NCBI GenBank assembly: GCA_965224085.1
Contig: CBDCYI010000004.1
Span: 1,280,001 to 1,344,000 of the forward strand
From: Candidatus Marinacidobacterales bacterium
GTDB lineage: Bacteria; Acidobacteriota; Vicinamibacteria; Marinacidobacterales; SMYC01
Length of the DNA: 64,000 bases
Direction of reading: 5' to 3'
This document shows, piece by piece, positions 48,300 to 57,733 of the stretch (the first letter of the stretch is position 1; every line of letters starts with the position of its first letter). The translations under genes were made by a program, and so were the position numbers. The notes under the pieces were generated by a model. The model ran no database searches, was not told the DNA's origin, and saw nothing but the letters and a program-made list of their open reading frames with translations.

Positions 48300-48928
48300 T
48301 GGCCGTCAAAGTCGTCCGCAGGCCTGAGCTGACCTTCTGGGAGAAGACCTATCTCCCCCAGATCCTCTCCGGCCTCAAGATCACCTTTTCGCACTTCTTC
48401 CGTAACCTCTTCCTCCATATCGCCCACCTCTTTGGCCGTCTCCTGCATCTTCGCGCCAGCGCCACCATCCAGTATCCCGAAGAGCTAAGGCCACTCATGT
48501 CGAGGTACCGAAGCCGCCACCGACTCACCGTACGCGAGGACAACACCCCGCGCTGTGTGGGCTGCATGCTCTGTGAGACGGTGTGTCCGGCCAAATGCAT
48601 CACCATCGTGCCGGACGAGCACCCAGACCCAAACGTCGAGAAGTACCCGATCCGCTTCGACATCGACCTGGGCGTCTGCGTCTATTGCGGATACTGCGTC
48701 GAGGTCTGCCCTGAGGACGCGATCCGCATGGACACGGGAATCCTCGACCTAGCCGCCTACTCGAGGGAAGCCATGCGGCTCGATATCCATGAGCTGATGG
48801 ACCCATCGCTGCGCAAACCGATCACCGACTGCAGCCTGGACTTCCCGCACCAGTGCGCGCCGACAGGGGGAAAGATGAAGGGCAGCTGGAGCGTCGACAG
48901 GGCGCAAACCGAGTCTGTAGAACGATGA
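48299..48928 (+). CDS. nuoI: NADH-quinone oxidoreductase subunit I
   Basis: TIQYPE, CVGCMLCETVCP, CVYCGYCVEVCP. Confidence 0.95.
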   Translation: MAVKVVRRPELTFWEKTYLPQILSGLKITFSHFFRNLFLHIAHLFGRLLHLRASATIQYPEELRPLMSRYRSRHRLTVREDNTPRCVGCMLCETVCPAKCITIVPDEHPDPNVEKYPIRFDIDLGVCVYCGYCVEVCPEDAIRMDTGILDLAAYSREAMRLDIHELMDPSLRKPITDCSLDFPHQCAPTGGKMKGSWSVDRAQTESVER

Positions 48929-49929
48929 GCCGCCTACATCTGGCCAAGGAGATCATGGTGACGAAGCTCGTCACCGTAGGTCCGGAAGACGACGTGCTAT
49001 GGGGCATTGGTCGACTTCTTGACCGTCGCATCAGCGGCGCCCCAGTGGTCGGTAGCGGCCGGCGCTATCTCGGCATGCTTTCGGATCGCAGTTGCATGAA
49101 AGTCCTCTACGAGACGGCTCGCGAGGCTCGGGTGGAGACGATCCATCTTCCCCAAGCGCGCGCGTTCATGTCGAAGAAGCTCTTCACTCTGAGCCCGGAA
49201 ACCGACGCCATCGAAGCGATCTCGAGGCTGCTCAAGCAACGTTTCTCGGGGGCTCCCGTCGTCAACGAGAAGGGGAATTTTTTGGGGGTCTTCTCCGAAC
49301 GCTACATCATGCGATTGCTGATCAACTCGGCCTACGAGCAGGTACCGTCCACCCGAGTGGACGCGTTCATGAACACGGACCGCGGCCGACTGATTGAAGG
49401 GACAATGGACCTTCTCGAGGTCGCTCGGATGTTCCACGACACGTATTACCGGCGGCTACCCGTCATGAAGGACGGAAAATTGATCGGCCAGATCAGCCCG
49501 TTCGACGTTCTCAGTGCCGAGCATCACCTGGCCCGCTCCGTCAAGGGTCGCTGGCGGAGCCTGCTGGACCATCGTCTGGTACGGACCCTCGCCGAGCTAT
49601 GGCGTGGCGGCGGAAAGCCACCTTCGATGCAGATCTCCCAGTTCATGGACACCTCCGCCGAGACGATCGAGGAGGACTTGGATCTCCTGGCGATCGCCAG
49701 AATCTTCCTCGACTCCAACCGTCGTCGCCTCCCGGTTCTGCGCGAAGGCGAGCTGGTCGGCCAGATCAGCCGCCGCGATCTACTGCACGAGGTGCTCGAC
49801 CTGCTCTCGGAACAACCGCACCGCGAGCGACCCGGCCTATTCCTGAGCGCTGTCACGAACCCTGCTGAGAACCCGATCTTGCGGGACAGTCAACATCCGA
49901 GCGCCGGATCGTCGCAGCACCGCTCCTGA
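48925..49929 (+). CDS. Multi-CBS-domain protein
   Basis: Four internal repeats (ISGAPVV, FSGAPVV, YRRLPVM, RRRLPVL); ATGA-coupled to nuoI. Confidence 0.85.
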   Translation: MSRLHLAKEIMVTKLVTVGPEDDVLWGIGRLLDRRISGAPVVGSGRRYLGMLSDRSCMKVLYETAREARVETIHLPQARAFMSKKLFTLSPETDAIEAISRLLKQRFSGAPVVNEKGNFLGVFSERYIMRLLINSAYEQVPSTRVDAFMNTDRGRLIEGTMDLLEVARMFHDTYYRRLPVMKDGKLIGQISPFDVLSAEHHLARSVKGRWRSLLDHRLVRTLAELWRGGGKPPSMQISQFMDTSAETIEEDLDLLAIARIFLDSNRRRLPVLREGELVGQISRRDLLHEVLDLLSEQPHRERPGLFLSAVTNPAENPILRDSQHPSAGSSQHRS

Positions 49930-50016
49930 GCCTGCGAGCCGGGTTGTCCCTCGTCGAAATGAGTCTTTGGACAAAACGGATCTAGCAAGATTTCCACTAT
50001 TGTTATATGGATATTC

Positions 50017-50040
50017 ATAGCTTACAATTGTAGCTATAAT
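50017..50040 (+). promoter_or_regulatory. Palindromic operator and -10 of the mazEF-like operon
   Basis: ATAGCTTACAATTGTAGCTAT near-perfect palindrome overlapping TATAAT (50035-50040). Confidence 0.6.
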
Positions 50041-50072
50041 TATACTCACAAACGTCACCTATAGGAGAGGCG

Positions 50073-50303
50073 ATGAAGACCGTTCAGATGACGCTTGACG
50101 CGGACCTGCTGCAACAGGTCGATGAGGTCGTCGCGCAACGCGGTACGACGCGGTCGGCGTTCACGAGAGATGCCTTGCGAAGCGCTCTTAGTCGACTGCG
50201 TACGCAAGCGCTCGAGCAACAGCAAAAACAAGGCTACGAGCGACATCCCGTGGAGCCTGCGGAGTTCGATGACTGGGAGGCCGAGCAGGTATGGCCGAGC
50301 TGA
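50073..50303 (+). CDS. CopG/RHH antitoxin (MazE/EndoAI-like)
   Basis: MKTVQMTLDADLL...RSAFTRDAL; overlaps the toxin. Confidence 0.85.
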   Translation: MKTVQMTLDADLLQQVDEVVAQRGTTRSAFTRDALRSALSRLRTQALEQQQKQGYERHPVEPAEFDDWEAEQVWPS

Positions 50304-50611
50304 GACGCGGTGAAGTGCGCTGGTACAAGTTCAGGATTCCGGATAAAAGGCGGCCGGTAGTCATTCTCACACGATCCTCCGCGCTCGCGTTCCTCGGGCA
50401 GGTTACGGTAGCTCCCATTACCTCTACGACCCGAGAGATTCCCTCCGAAGTGGCGCTCTCCTCGAACGACGGGATGAACCGGGACTGTGCTATCAATCTG
50501 GACCACGTGCAAACCGTCTCGAGGGGCAAGATCGGAGCGTTGATCACGACCCTCGCGGAAGAGCGCATGCTCCAGGTTCGAGACGCCATCAGTTTCGCGC
50601 TGGATCTATAG
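50291..50611 (+). CDS. mazF: MazF/PemK family toxin
   Basis: RRGEVRW, KRRPVVIL, TVAPITST, NLDHVQTV. Confidence 0.9.
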   Translation: MAELRRGEVRWYKFRIPDKRRPVVILTRSSALAFLGQVTVAPITSTTREIPSEVALSSNDGMNRDCAINLDHVQTVSRGKIGALITTLAEERMLQVRDAISFALDL

Positions 50612-50713
50612 CTACTCTCGAACGCCCTACGGCGGAAGCGGTCTCGCGGACAACTCACCCGCATTTGCTTACGCGGTCAAAATTCCTATAAGTCGGATAG
50701 ACTGCTCGGCATC

Positions 50714-51628
50714 GTGCGCTTTTGGGTCTCGCGTCGTAGCGAAGTTCCGGTGCGGGAGCAGCTCGTTACCCAAATCTTGCTGGCGGTCAGCAGCAAAGAG
50801 CTCAAGGCCGGGACGAAGCTTCCGAGCACGCGCGCTCTGGCGCGGCAGCTGGGTATCCATCCGAACACCGTGAGTGCCGCCTATCGCGAGCTTTCGTCGC
50901 GGGGCTGGGTCGAGCTCCGCCAAGGTAGCGGCGCGTACGTGTCGCGGATGGCCGAGCGTCCGTGCCTCTCCGGCGATTTGGAGCTCGACGGGCTCATCAA
51001 CGAGTTCATGCAGAAGGCGCGGCGCCGAGGATTCTCGCTCGCCGAGATTCGCTCACGTGCGAAGCACTGGCTCGAGCTCCAACCGCCCGATCATCTATTG
51101 GTGGTGGAAGACGACGAGGAGCTTCGGACCATCCTCATCCGCGAGATCGAGGACGCGACGAGCTTCCCTGTGCGCGGCGTCTCGCAGCGCGTTTGTCAAG
51201 ACGACGGCCACTTCGTCGGAGCGCAGCCAGTCGCGCTCTACGGTCGAAGCGCGGATCTGCCCGGGCTCTTGCCCACGGATTTGTCATGTCTCTGGCTTCA
51301 GGTGCGCTCGGTGCAGCAAGAGCTCGTCAAGAGCTTCAAGCCGCTTCCCGCGGGCGGGAGTATCACCGTCGCGTCCCGGTGCTCAGAGTTCTTGGAGCGG
51401 GCACGCACCATGCTTCTCGCCGTGGGGTTCGATCCCGATGCTCTTCACTTCCTGGATGCGCGTAAGAAAGGTTGGGAACGAGGGCTGACGGTCGAGGATT
51501 TCTTGATCACCGACGCCGTGACCCAGGCGTCGCTCGTCGAAAAAAGACGCTTACGCGGCGTCACGTTCACCTTGCTGTCGGCAGAGGCTCTCGAGACGCT
51601 TCTAAAGTTCGTGAAGGGGATCCGGTAA
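50714..51628 (+). CDS. GntR-family (YtrA-like HTH) transcriptional regulator with extended C-terminus
   Basis: KLPSTRALARQLGIHPNTVSAAYREL...GSGAYV. Confidence 0.85.
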   Translation: MRFWVSRRSEVPVREQLVTQILLAVSSKELKAGTKLPSTRALARQLGIHPNTVSAAYRELSSRGWVELRQGSGAYVSRMAERPCLSGDLELDGLINEFMQKARRRGFSLAEIRSRAKHWLELQPPDHLLVVEDDEELRTILIREIEDATSFPVRGVSQRVCQDDGHFVGAQPVALYGRSADLPGLLPTDLSCLWLQVRSVQQELVKSFKPLPAGGSITVASRCSEFLERARTMLLAVGFDPDALHFLDARKKGWERGLTVEDFLITDAVTQASLVEKRRLRGVTFTLLSAEALETLLKFVKGIR

Positions 51629-51735
51629 TCCTGTAAGCGACGTCGAGCGGCTCTTCTTTCTCGACGAGCTGACGCATGAGTTTCTTGACGCTACGCGCTC
51701 GGTCCCGTCCGTTAGTGAGAGCGGCAGACCGGCGC

Positions 51736-53310
51736 TTACGCGATCACGGAAGCGACCAGCCGCTGCGCTTCGCTCTGGATGAGGTGCAAATGGTCCTCGT
51801 CACGGAAACTCTCGGCATATAACTTGTAGATATCCTCGGTCCCTGAAGGCCGCGCGGCGAACCAACCATGCGCCGTCGAGACTTTGAGCCCACCGATCGG
51901 CGCACCGTTTCCGGGTGCTTCGCTCAGCATCTGAGTGATCGGATCGCCCGCAAGCTCCTGCGCATCCACTTGCTTCGGCGAGAGGCGCTCGAGCTTGGAC
52001 TTTTGCTCGCGCGTGGCCGGGGCGTCGATGCGCCCGTAAATGGGCTCGCCGAACTCCGCCGTCAAAGCACGATAGAGCTCGCCCGGGTCCTTCTCCGTCC
52101 GCGCCATCATCTCGGCAGCGAGAAGCCCCATGATGATGCCATCCTTGTCCGTCGTCCAGACGCCGCCGTCCCGTCTCAGGAACGAGGCCCCCGCGCTTTC
52201 CTCGCCTCCGAAGCCGAGCGAGCCATCGAGAAGACCGCTCACAAACCACTTGAAACCCACAGGCACTTCGACGAGCTGACGGCCGAGCCGCGACGCCACC
52301 CGGTCGATGATGGCGCTCGAGACGAGCGTTTTGCCGATCGCCGTTTCGTCCTTCCAGTCGCGACGGCCAAAAAGATAGTCGATGCTCACGGCGAGAAAGT
52401 GATTCGGGTTCATGAGCCCCATACTCCGCGTCACGATGCCGTGACGATCGGTGTCGGTGTCATTCGCGAAGGCGACGTCGAACCGATCGCGCAGCTCGAT
52501 GAGCTTCGCCATGGCATAGGGCGACGAGCAGTCCATGCGAATCTTCCCGTCACGATCGAGCGTCATGAAACCGAAAGTGGGGTCGACAGCATCGTTCACG
52601 ACTTCGATGTCTAGCTTGTACTTATCCGCGATCGGCGCCCAGTAGCCGACACCCGCACCGCCGAGAGGATCGACACCGATGCGGATACCGGCACCGCGGA
52701 TTGCGGCCATGTCGACGACGGCCCCGAGCTCGCTCACATAGGCATCGACGTAATCGTACACCTGTGCATTGATGTCCGTCCGTCGAATCTCGTCGTTCAA
52801 CAGTTGATTCGCGCGCTTTTCGACCCAGCTCGTCACGTCAGTGTCGGCCGGACCGCCATGCGTAGGATTGTACTTGAAGCCGCCGTCTTCCGGCGGGTTG
52901 TGCGACGGCGTGATGACGATACCGTCGGCCCCGTCGGCCCCGAGAATGGCGTGCGAGATGACGGGCGTCGGCGTGAAGCCACCGTCGCGATCGACCCGCA
53001 CATCCACCCCGTTCGCGGCAAGCACTTCGAGGGCGCTCACGCGGGCGGGCTCGGAGAGCGCATGGGTATCGACGCCTAGAAAAAGAGGCCCATCGATGCC
53101 TTGCGCCGAGCGGAACTCGCAGATCGCTTGGGACGTCGCGAGAATATGTGCCTCGTTGAAGCTTCCTTTGAGGGAGGAGCCGCGGTGGCCCGACGTGCCG
53201 AAAGCAACAGGCTCACTCGGGGTCGCTTCGTGATAAGCGGACACGAGCTCGTCGACATCGACGAGGTGCGACGGGTCCGCCGGCTTTCCCGCCCCCGGAT
53301 GAACGCTCAC
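51736..53310 (-). CDS. pgm: Phosphoglucomutase
   Basis: [33 protein letters not shown]. Confidence 0.96.
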   Translation of the reverse strand: MSVHPGAGKPADPSHLVDVDELVSAYHEATPSEPVAFGTSGHRGSSLKGSFNEAHILATSQAICEFRSAQGIDGPLFLGVDTHALSEPARVSALEVLAANGVDVRVDRDGGFTPTPVISHAILGADGADGIVITPSHNPPEDGGFKYNPTHGGPADTDVTSWVEKRANQLLNDEIRRTDINAQVYDYVDAYVSELGAVVDMAAIRGAGIRIGVDPLGGAGVGYWAPIADKYKLDIEVVNDAVDPTFGFMTLDRDGKIRMDCSSPYAMAKLIELRDRFDVAFANDTDTDRHGIVTRSMGLMNPNHFLAVSIDYLFGRRDWKDETAIGKTLVSSAIIDRVASRLGRQLVEVPVGFKWFVSGLLDGSLGFGGEESAGASFLRRDGGVWTTDKDGIIMGLLAAEMMARTEKDPGELYRALTAEFGEPIYGRIDAPATREQKSKLERLSPKQVDAQELAGDPITQMLSEAPGNGAPIGGLKVSTAHGWFAARPSGTEDIYKLYAESFRDEDHLHLIQSEAQRLVASVIA

Positions 53311-53538
53311 CGACTCACCAAGCTCCCGCACCGATCTCGAAAATTAGATATGTGTCGCCGAACGTATCGCTCCAGCGCAACGGCGAGCAGAGTGAGGACC
53401 GAGAACCGCATTCGAAGTGATCTTACAGCAACAGGCTCCAGATGGGCCGCGCATTCGGGACGGTCTCGAGCTGTCTCGATCGTGACTTCGTGAGAGCTGG
53501 CGAGATCGCTAGACAGATGAGCGCAGGGACCTATCGAG

Positions 53539-55053
53539 CTACCGAGCTTTCATGTGCAGGTCGACATTGTCCAGGTCGATCTTTGCCGCCTCCGCGTAGA
53601 GTACGCGAGCGCGGTGGGCGAGACCCATCCTCTCGTAGAGCTCCGCGAGCCCCGTCAGACATTCGACGTCGAACCGGTCCGCGCCGAGCGCCGTTTTGAA
53701 GTGCTCTTCGGCGCTCTTTCTCCACCTCGGGTTCCTCGCGAGTGCCTGGGCAAGGAGGCAGTGGTAGCGAACCTTTCCCGGATCAAGCTCGACGGCCTCT
53801 TCCATGAGCTTCACCACTTCGTGGAAATCGCGTTTCGCGAAATACCTCCTGGCCTCCCGGTAGTAGCCATCCGCCACCTTCTCGGACCGGCTCGGCGGCG
53901 CCGTTGCCTCGGAGGGTAGCACTCTGAGGGTTGCGGGGACCGCTTCGCCCTTGGGGGCCTCCGTTCGGAGGGAATTGTCATAACGACGCCTGGACGGGAG
54001 CTTACCGAGGGTTTCGTGTGCACGCGTCACTTTCGCGACGATGTCTTCGAGCTTTTTGCTCAAAGTGTCGAGGAGCTTCGAGCGATGCCGATCGGGGTGG
54101 TACTTCTTGAGGAGCCTTGAAAACGCCTTCTTGATGTGGCGGGTGCTCGCGGTCTTGCCAACTTCGAGCCAGTCGTAAAAGGTCCCCGTCGAGAGCGACG
54201 CGTGCTTCGCTTCGATCTCTTCTCGAACCCACTGCTCTTCTGTGCTCAAAGCGCCGGCTTCTTCGGGGGCAGGCTTGCTCAGCGCGATCGCCGGCTTTTC
54301 ATGAAAGAGCTCCAGCGGCTGGAGCCGCTGCTCCGAAGGAGCGACTTCGCGCGTCTTGCTCCCGAACTCGAGGAATCCGGCCGAAAGCAGACCGTGGAGG
54401 CAACGAAGCGTCTTGTCCTCCGTGAGGGGCGAGATGCATACAATCTCGTCGAGCGAAGCAGCACCGTCGACGCGCGAGAGCACGAAGCCCTCTTGGGGTG
54501 TCAGTTTCGCGTAATGAGCGATCACGTACGGATCTTTCGAATAGCTCACGGGGCGCCCCCGATCGCCCAAGGCCTTGCGCACCGCCTCGGGCTCCATGCG
54601 CCGCGTGCCCTCGAGAATGATGGGCACGGTGGGCAGATCCAGAAGCGCCTCCCGCTTGACGGGGCTCCGCTGGGACTCGAATCGAAACGCGCCCTCTTCC
54701 CAAGTGAACAACGAATGGATGATCTCCCGGATCTGTTCTTCGAGCCGGGCCTTCACCTGAACCGCCGACATGAGACCGAGTGAGACAACGGTCATGCCGA
54801 GCCGCTCGCGACGCGCTCTCATCTTGTTCGACACGAGTGCGAGATTGGCGCGCGAAAGCTCCCCCTTTCGTACGAGCAGCTCGCCCAGCCGATCGGTGTA
54901 AAGGGTCGAACGCGCGAAAACCATCGAGCCGCGGCCGAAGTAGATCTGCTTTTTGACGTCATCCTGCGTCACTTGCAAGATACCGTTTCCTCGCTCGCGG
55001 CCGAACGTCTGTAGCAGGTCGGGTAAGCAAGCCTGAGAGAGATTTCCATGCAT
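53539..55053 (-). CDS. DUF4388 - DnaJ - TPR protein
   Basis: HGNLSQACLPDLL, LFTWEEGAFRF, KYHPDRH J-domain, C-terminal TPRs. Confidence 0.82.
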   Translation of the reverse strand: MHGNLSQACLPDLLQTFGRERGNGILQVTQDDVKKQIYFGRGSMVFARSTLYTDRLGELLVRKGELSRANLALVSNKMRARRERLGMTVVSLGLMSAVQVKARLEEQIREIIHSLFTWEEGAFRFESQRSPVKREALLDLPTVPIILEGTRRMEPEAVRKALGDRGRPVSYSKDPYVIAHYAKLTPQEGFVLSRVDGAASLDEIVCISPLTEDKTLRCLHGLLSAGFLEFGSKTREVAPSEQRLQPLELFHEKPAIALSKPAPEEAGALSTEEQWVREEIEAKHASLSTGTFYDWLEVGKTASTRHIKKAFSRLLKKYHPDRHRSKLLDTLSKKLEDIVAKVTRAHETLGKLPSRRRYDNSLRTEAPKGEAVPATLRVLPSEATAPPSRSEKVADGYYREARRYFAKRDFHEVVKLMEEAVELDPGKVRYHCLLAQALARNPRWRKSAEEHFKTALGADRFDVECLTGLAELYERMGLAHRARVLYAEAAKIDLDNVDLHMKAR

Positions 55054-55251
55054 GGCACCACCTCGTAACGGTGATCGAACTCACTGTTGTAGCTCGATCT
55101 TAAGGCTGGGCCGGCGAAAAACCTGTGACGCACGGCGTGGGGATTAAAGGACAGGAAAATGGGGGACAAACCACCCGAGGGTAATGTGTCGACGTCGACG
55201 AGCTGCAACTGTTCCGCCGGCTTTCCCGCCACGGATGAACGCTCACCGACT

Positions 55252-56454
55252 CTAAGCGAAACGGCTCAACAAGAAGAGCGCGTCCTTGTTGCGCTCACGC
55301 AGTACTTGGGAAGCGACGCGTTCGCCAAAAGCGGGGCCGTGCTTGAAGCCGTGGCCCGAGCCTCCACCGAAGATCCAGACATGGTCCGCTTTCGGATGCT
55401 GGTCGACGATGAAATCGCCATCTAGCGAGCTCTCGTATTGGCACACTTTGGAGCCGACGAGCGGCGCGCCTTTTAGCGCCGGGAAACGCTGATCCATGTA
55501 ACGACGGGCCTGGTCGACGAGCTCGGGGGTGACGCTGCGGTTGCCATCCGTCGGGTCGAAGGTCGGCGCGCTCGGCGTCCCGCCCGCGACTTTGAACCCG
55601 CGCCACTCGTTCCCCGGAATGCCGTAATAGCTCGGGCTGAGCGCGCCGTCGAGAAAGCAAGGCATCTGTGACTCGCCGAAGCGTGCATCGCCCGCGGCCG
55701 TCCCGAAGAAGAAAACTTCTTGCCGGTTGGGCCGGATGCGCTCGCCGATGGTCTCGGGGAACAGCTTCCCGAGCCATGGGCCGCAGGCAAAGACATATTG
55801 GTCCGCGAGCTGGTAGGTACCGTCGGAGAGAAACAACCCTTCCGGGAGCCCGACTTCGAGATCGGTCGGCTTCACCGCGAGCTGGCGATAGGTGCCGCCC
55901 TCTGCGATGAAGGACTCGAGCACTGCTTGGCACGCGCGCCGCGCCAGCAGGTAGCCGGCGTCGTGCTCGTAAAGAGCCCAGCCGACACCGTCCATGTTGA
56001 TTTGCGGGAATCGCTTCCCCGCTTCGGACGGCGTAAGCTCTTCGATCTCGAGACCCGCGCCTTTGAGAAGCGGCACTGCGCTCTTTGCGTAGGACGCATC
56101 TTTTCTCAGACGCAGCGAGCCGCATTGGAAGAGCAGCTTCTTGTTCCACCGCTTTTCGTTGTCACGCCAGAGCTCGAGCGCACGCGCCACGAGCTCGACG
56201 TACATTTTCTGGTCACCGTAGGAGGCACGGATGACCCGCGTCTCACCGCCCGAGCTCGCGCGGGCGTGTCCCGGGCCCCACGCGTCGACCAGGGTCACGC
56301 GCGCACCTCTTCGAAGAAGCGACAGCGCCGTCCACCCACCAAAGACGCCGGCCCCGACGACCACGATATGCTGCGCCTGCGCCGCTCGGACGCGCACGCT
56401 CCCGACTGCGACGAGCGCCCCGCTCGATTTCAAGAAGCTCCGTCTCGTGATCAT
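55252..56454 (-). CDS. FAD-dependent sarcosine oxidase-like oxidoreductase with Tat signal
   Basis: TRRSFLK; VVGAGVFG; SSGGETRVIR; GSGHGFK. Confidence 0.88.
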   Translation of the reverse strand: MITRRSFLKSSGALVAVGSVRVRAAQAQHIVVVGAGVFGGWTALSLLRRGARVTLVDAWGPGHARASSGGETRVIRASYGDQKMYVELVARALELWRDNEKRWNKKLLFQCGSLRLRKDASYAKSAVPLLKGAGLEIEELTPSEAGKRFPQINMDGVGWALYEHDAGYLLARRACQAVLESFIAEGGTYRQLAVKPTDLEVGLPEGLFLSDGTYQLADQYVFACGPWLGKLFPETIGERIRPNRQEVFFFGTAAGDARFGESQMPCFLDGALSPSYYGIPGNEWRGFKVAGGTPSAPTFDPTDGNRSVTPELVDQARRYMDQRFPALKGAPLVGSKVCQYESSLDGDFIVDQHPKADHVWIFGGGSGHGFKHGPAFGERVASQVLRERNKDALFLLSRFA

Positions 56455-56518
56455 GTCGTCCTCCGGACGCAACCTAAGCTATTATGAGTCGTTTGCCAAG
56501 CGTCCAGGAGGAAAGTGA

Positions 56519-57670
56519 ATGCGTTTCGCCACCAAGCAGATTCATGCCGGCGTCGAGCCCGATCCCACTACGGGATCCATTCTTACACCCATCTACCAAT
56601 CGACGACTTATGTGCAGGAATCTGTCGACCGGTATCTCGAGAAAGGTTATTCGTACTCGCGCTCGGGAAACCCGACGGTGCAAGCGCTCGACAAGAAACT
56701 CGCGGAGCTCGAAGGGGGGGCAGCCTGCGCTAGCTTCGGGACGGGCATGGCCGCGATCCAAGCAGTGCTCCTCGCCTTTCTGAACGCCGGAGACCACGCG
56801 GTTGTCTCCGACGTGGCCTATGGCGGCACCTACCGCCTGTGCACGAAAGTCTTCACCCGCTTCGGCGTCGAGTTCACGTTCGCGGACACGTCCGACCCCG
56901 AAGACGTGAAGAAGAGCATGCGCGACGAAACAAACCTCATCCTGACCGAGACCCCGGCCAACCCGACTCTCAAGCTCACGGACATCGCCGCAGTCTCCGC
57001 GATCGCAAAGGAGCACGGCGTCCCCCATGCGATCGACAACACGTTCTTGACACCTTACTACCAGCGCCCCATCGAGCTCGGCGCCGATCTCGTCGTCCAT
57101 AGCACGACGAAATATCTCGACGGCCACAACGCTACCGTGGGCGGCGCCGTCGTGAGCGCGACCGACGAGCTTCACGAGAAAGTGGTTTTCGTACAAAACG
57201 CGTCCGGGGCGATCATGTCGCCGCAAGTTGCTTGGCTCACACTCCAAGGATGCAAAACGCTCACCGTGCGCATGGACGCGCAGTCCGCAAACGCATTGGC
57301 TATCGCGAAATTCCTCGAAGCACATCCCAAGGTCGGAACGGTCCGCTATCCGGGACTTCCATCCCACCCGCAGCACGAGCTCGCGACGCGCCAGGCGAGC
57401 GGCTACGGTGCGATGGTGTGGTTCGAGGTGGAAGGCGGCGTGGCCGCTGGAAAGGCCATCATGGATTCTCTCGAGCTTTGGACACTCGCGGAGAACCTCG
57501 GCTCGGTCGAGTCACTCGTTACCCATCCGGTCACGATGACCCATGCCGATGTCGAGGAAGCCGAGCGCAAGCGCGTCAGGATCACGGACGGTCTCGTGCG
57601 GCTTTCCGTCGGTCTCGAAGATGCGCAGGACTTGATCGACGACCTCAAAAAGGCGCTCGAGAAAGTCTAG
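56519..57670 (+). CDS. metB: Cystathionine gamma-synthase/lyase (PLP trans-sulfuration enzyme)
   Basis: PIYQSTTY, YSRSGNPT, ETPANP, HSTTKYLDGH, RLSVGLED; exact specificity not resolvable. Confidence 0.85.
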   Translation: MRFATKQIHAGVEPDPTTGSILTPIYQSTTYVQESVDRYLEKGYSYSRSGNPTVQALDKKLAELEGGAACASFGTGMAAIQAVLLAFLNAGDHAVVSDVAYGGTYRLCTKVFTRFGVEFTFADTSDPEDVKKSMRDETNLILTETPANPTLKLTDIAAVSAIAKEHGVPHAIDNTFLTPYYQRPIELGADLVVHSTTKYLDGHNATVGGAVVSATDELHEKVVFVQNASGAIMSPQVAWLTLQGCKTLTVRMDAQSANALAIAKFLEAHPKVGTVRYPGLPSHPQHELATRQASGYGAMVWFEVEGGVAAGKAIMDSLELWTLAENLGSVESLVTHPVTMTHADVEEAERKRVRITDGLVRLSVGLEDAQDLIDDLKKALEKV

Positions 57671-57733
57671 TAGGGTGCTGAAAAAGTCACCTGCACCCTG
57701 CTGCTCGCAACGCTCCCCCGGCCCGCCCCTTAA

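Noticed and set aside
57671-57728. AGGGTGC...GCACCCT hairpin with CTGAAAAAGTC, resembling a MITE end
   Set aside because: No matching second end was found; it may simply be a terminator-like hairpin after metB
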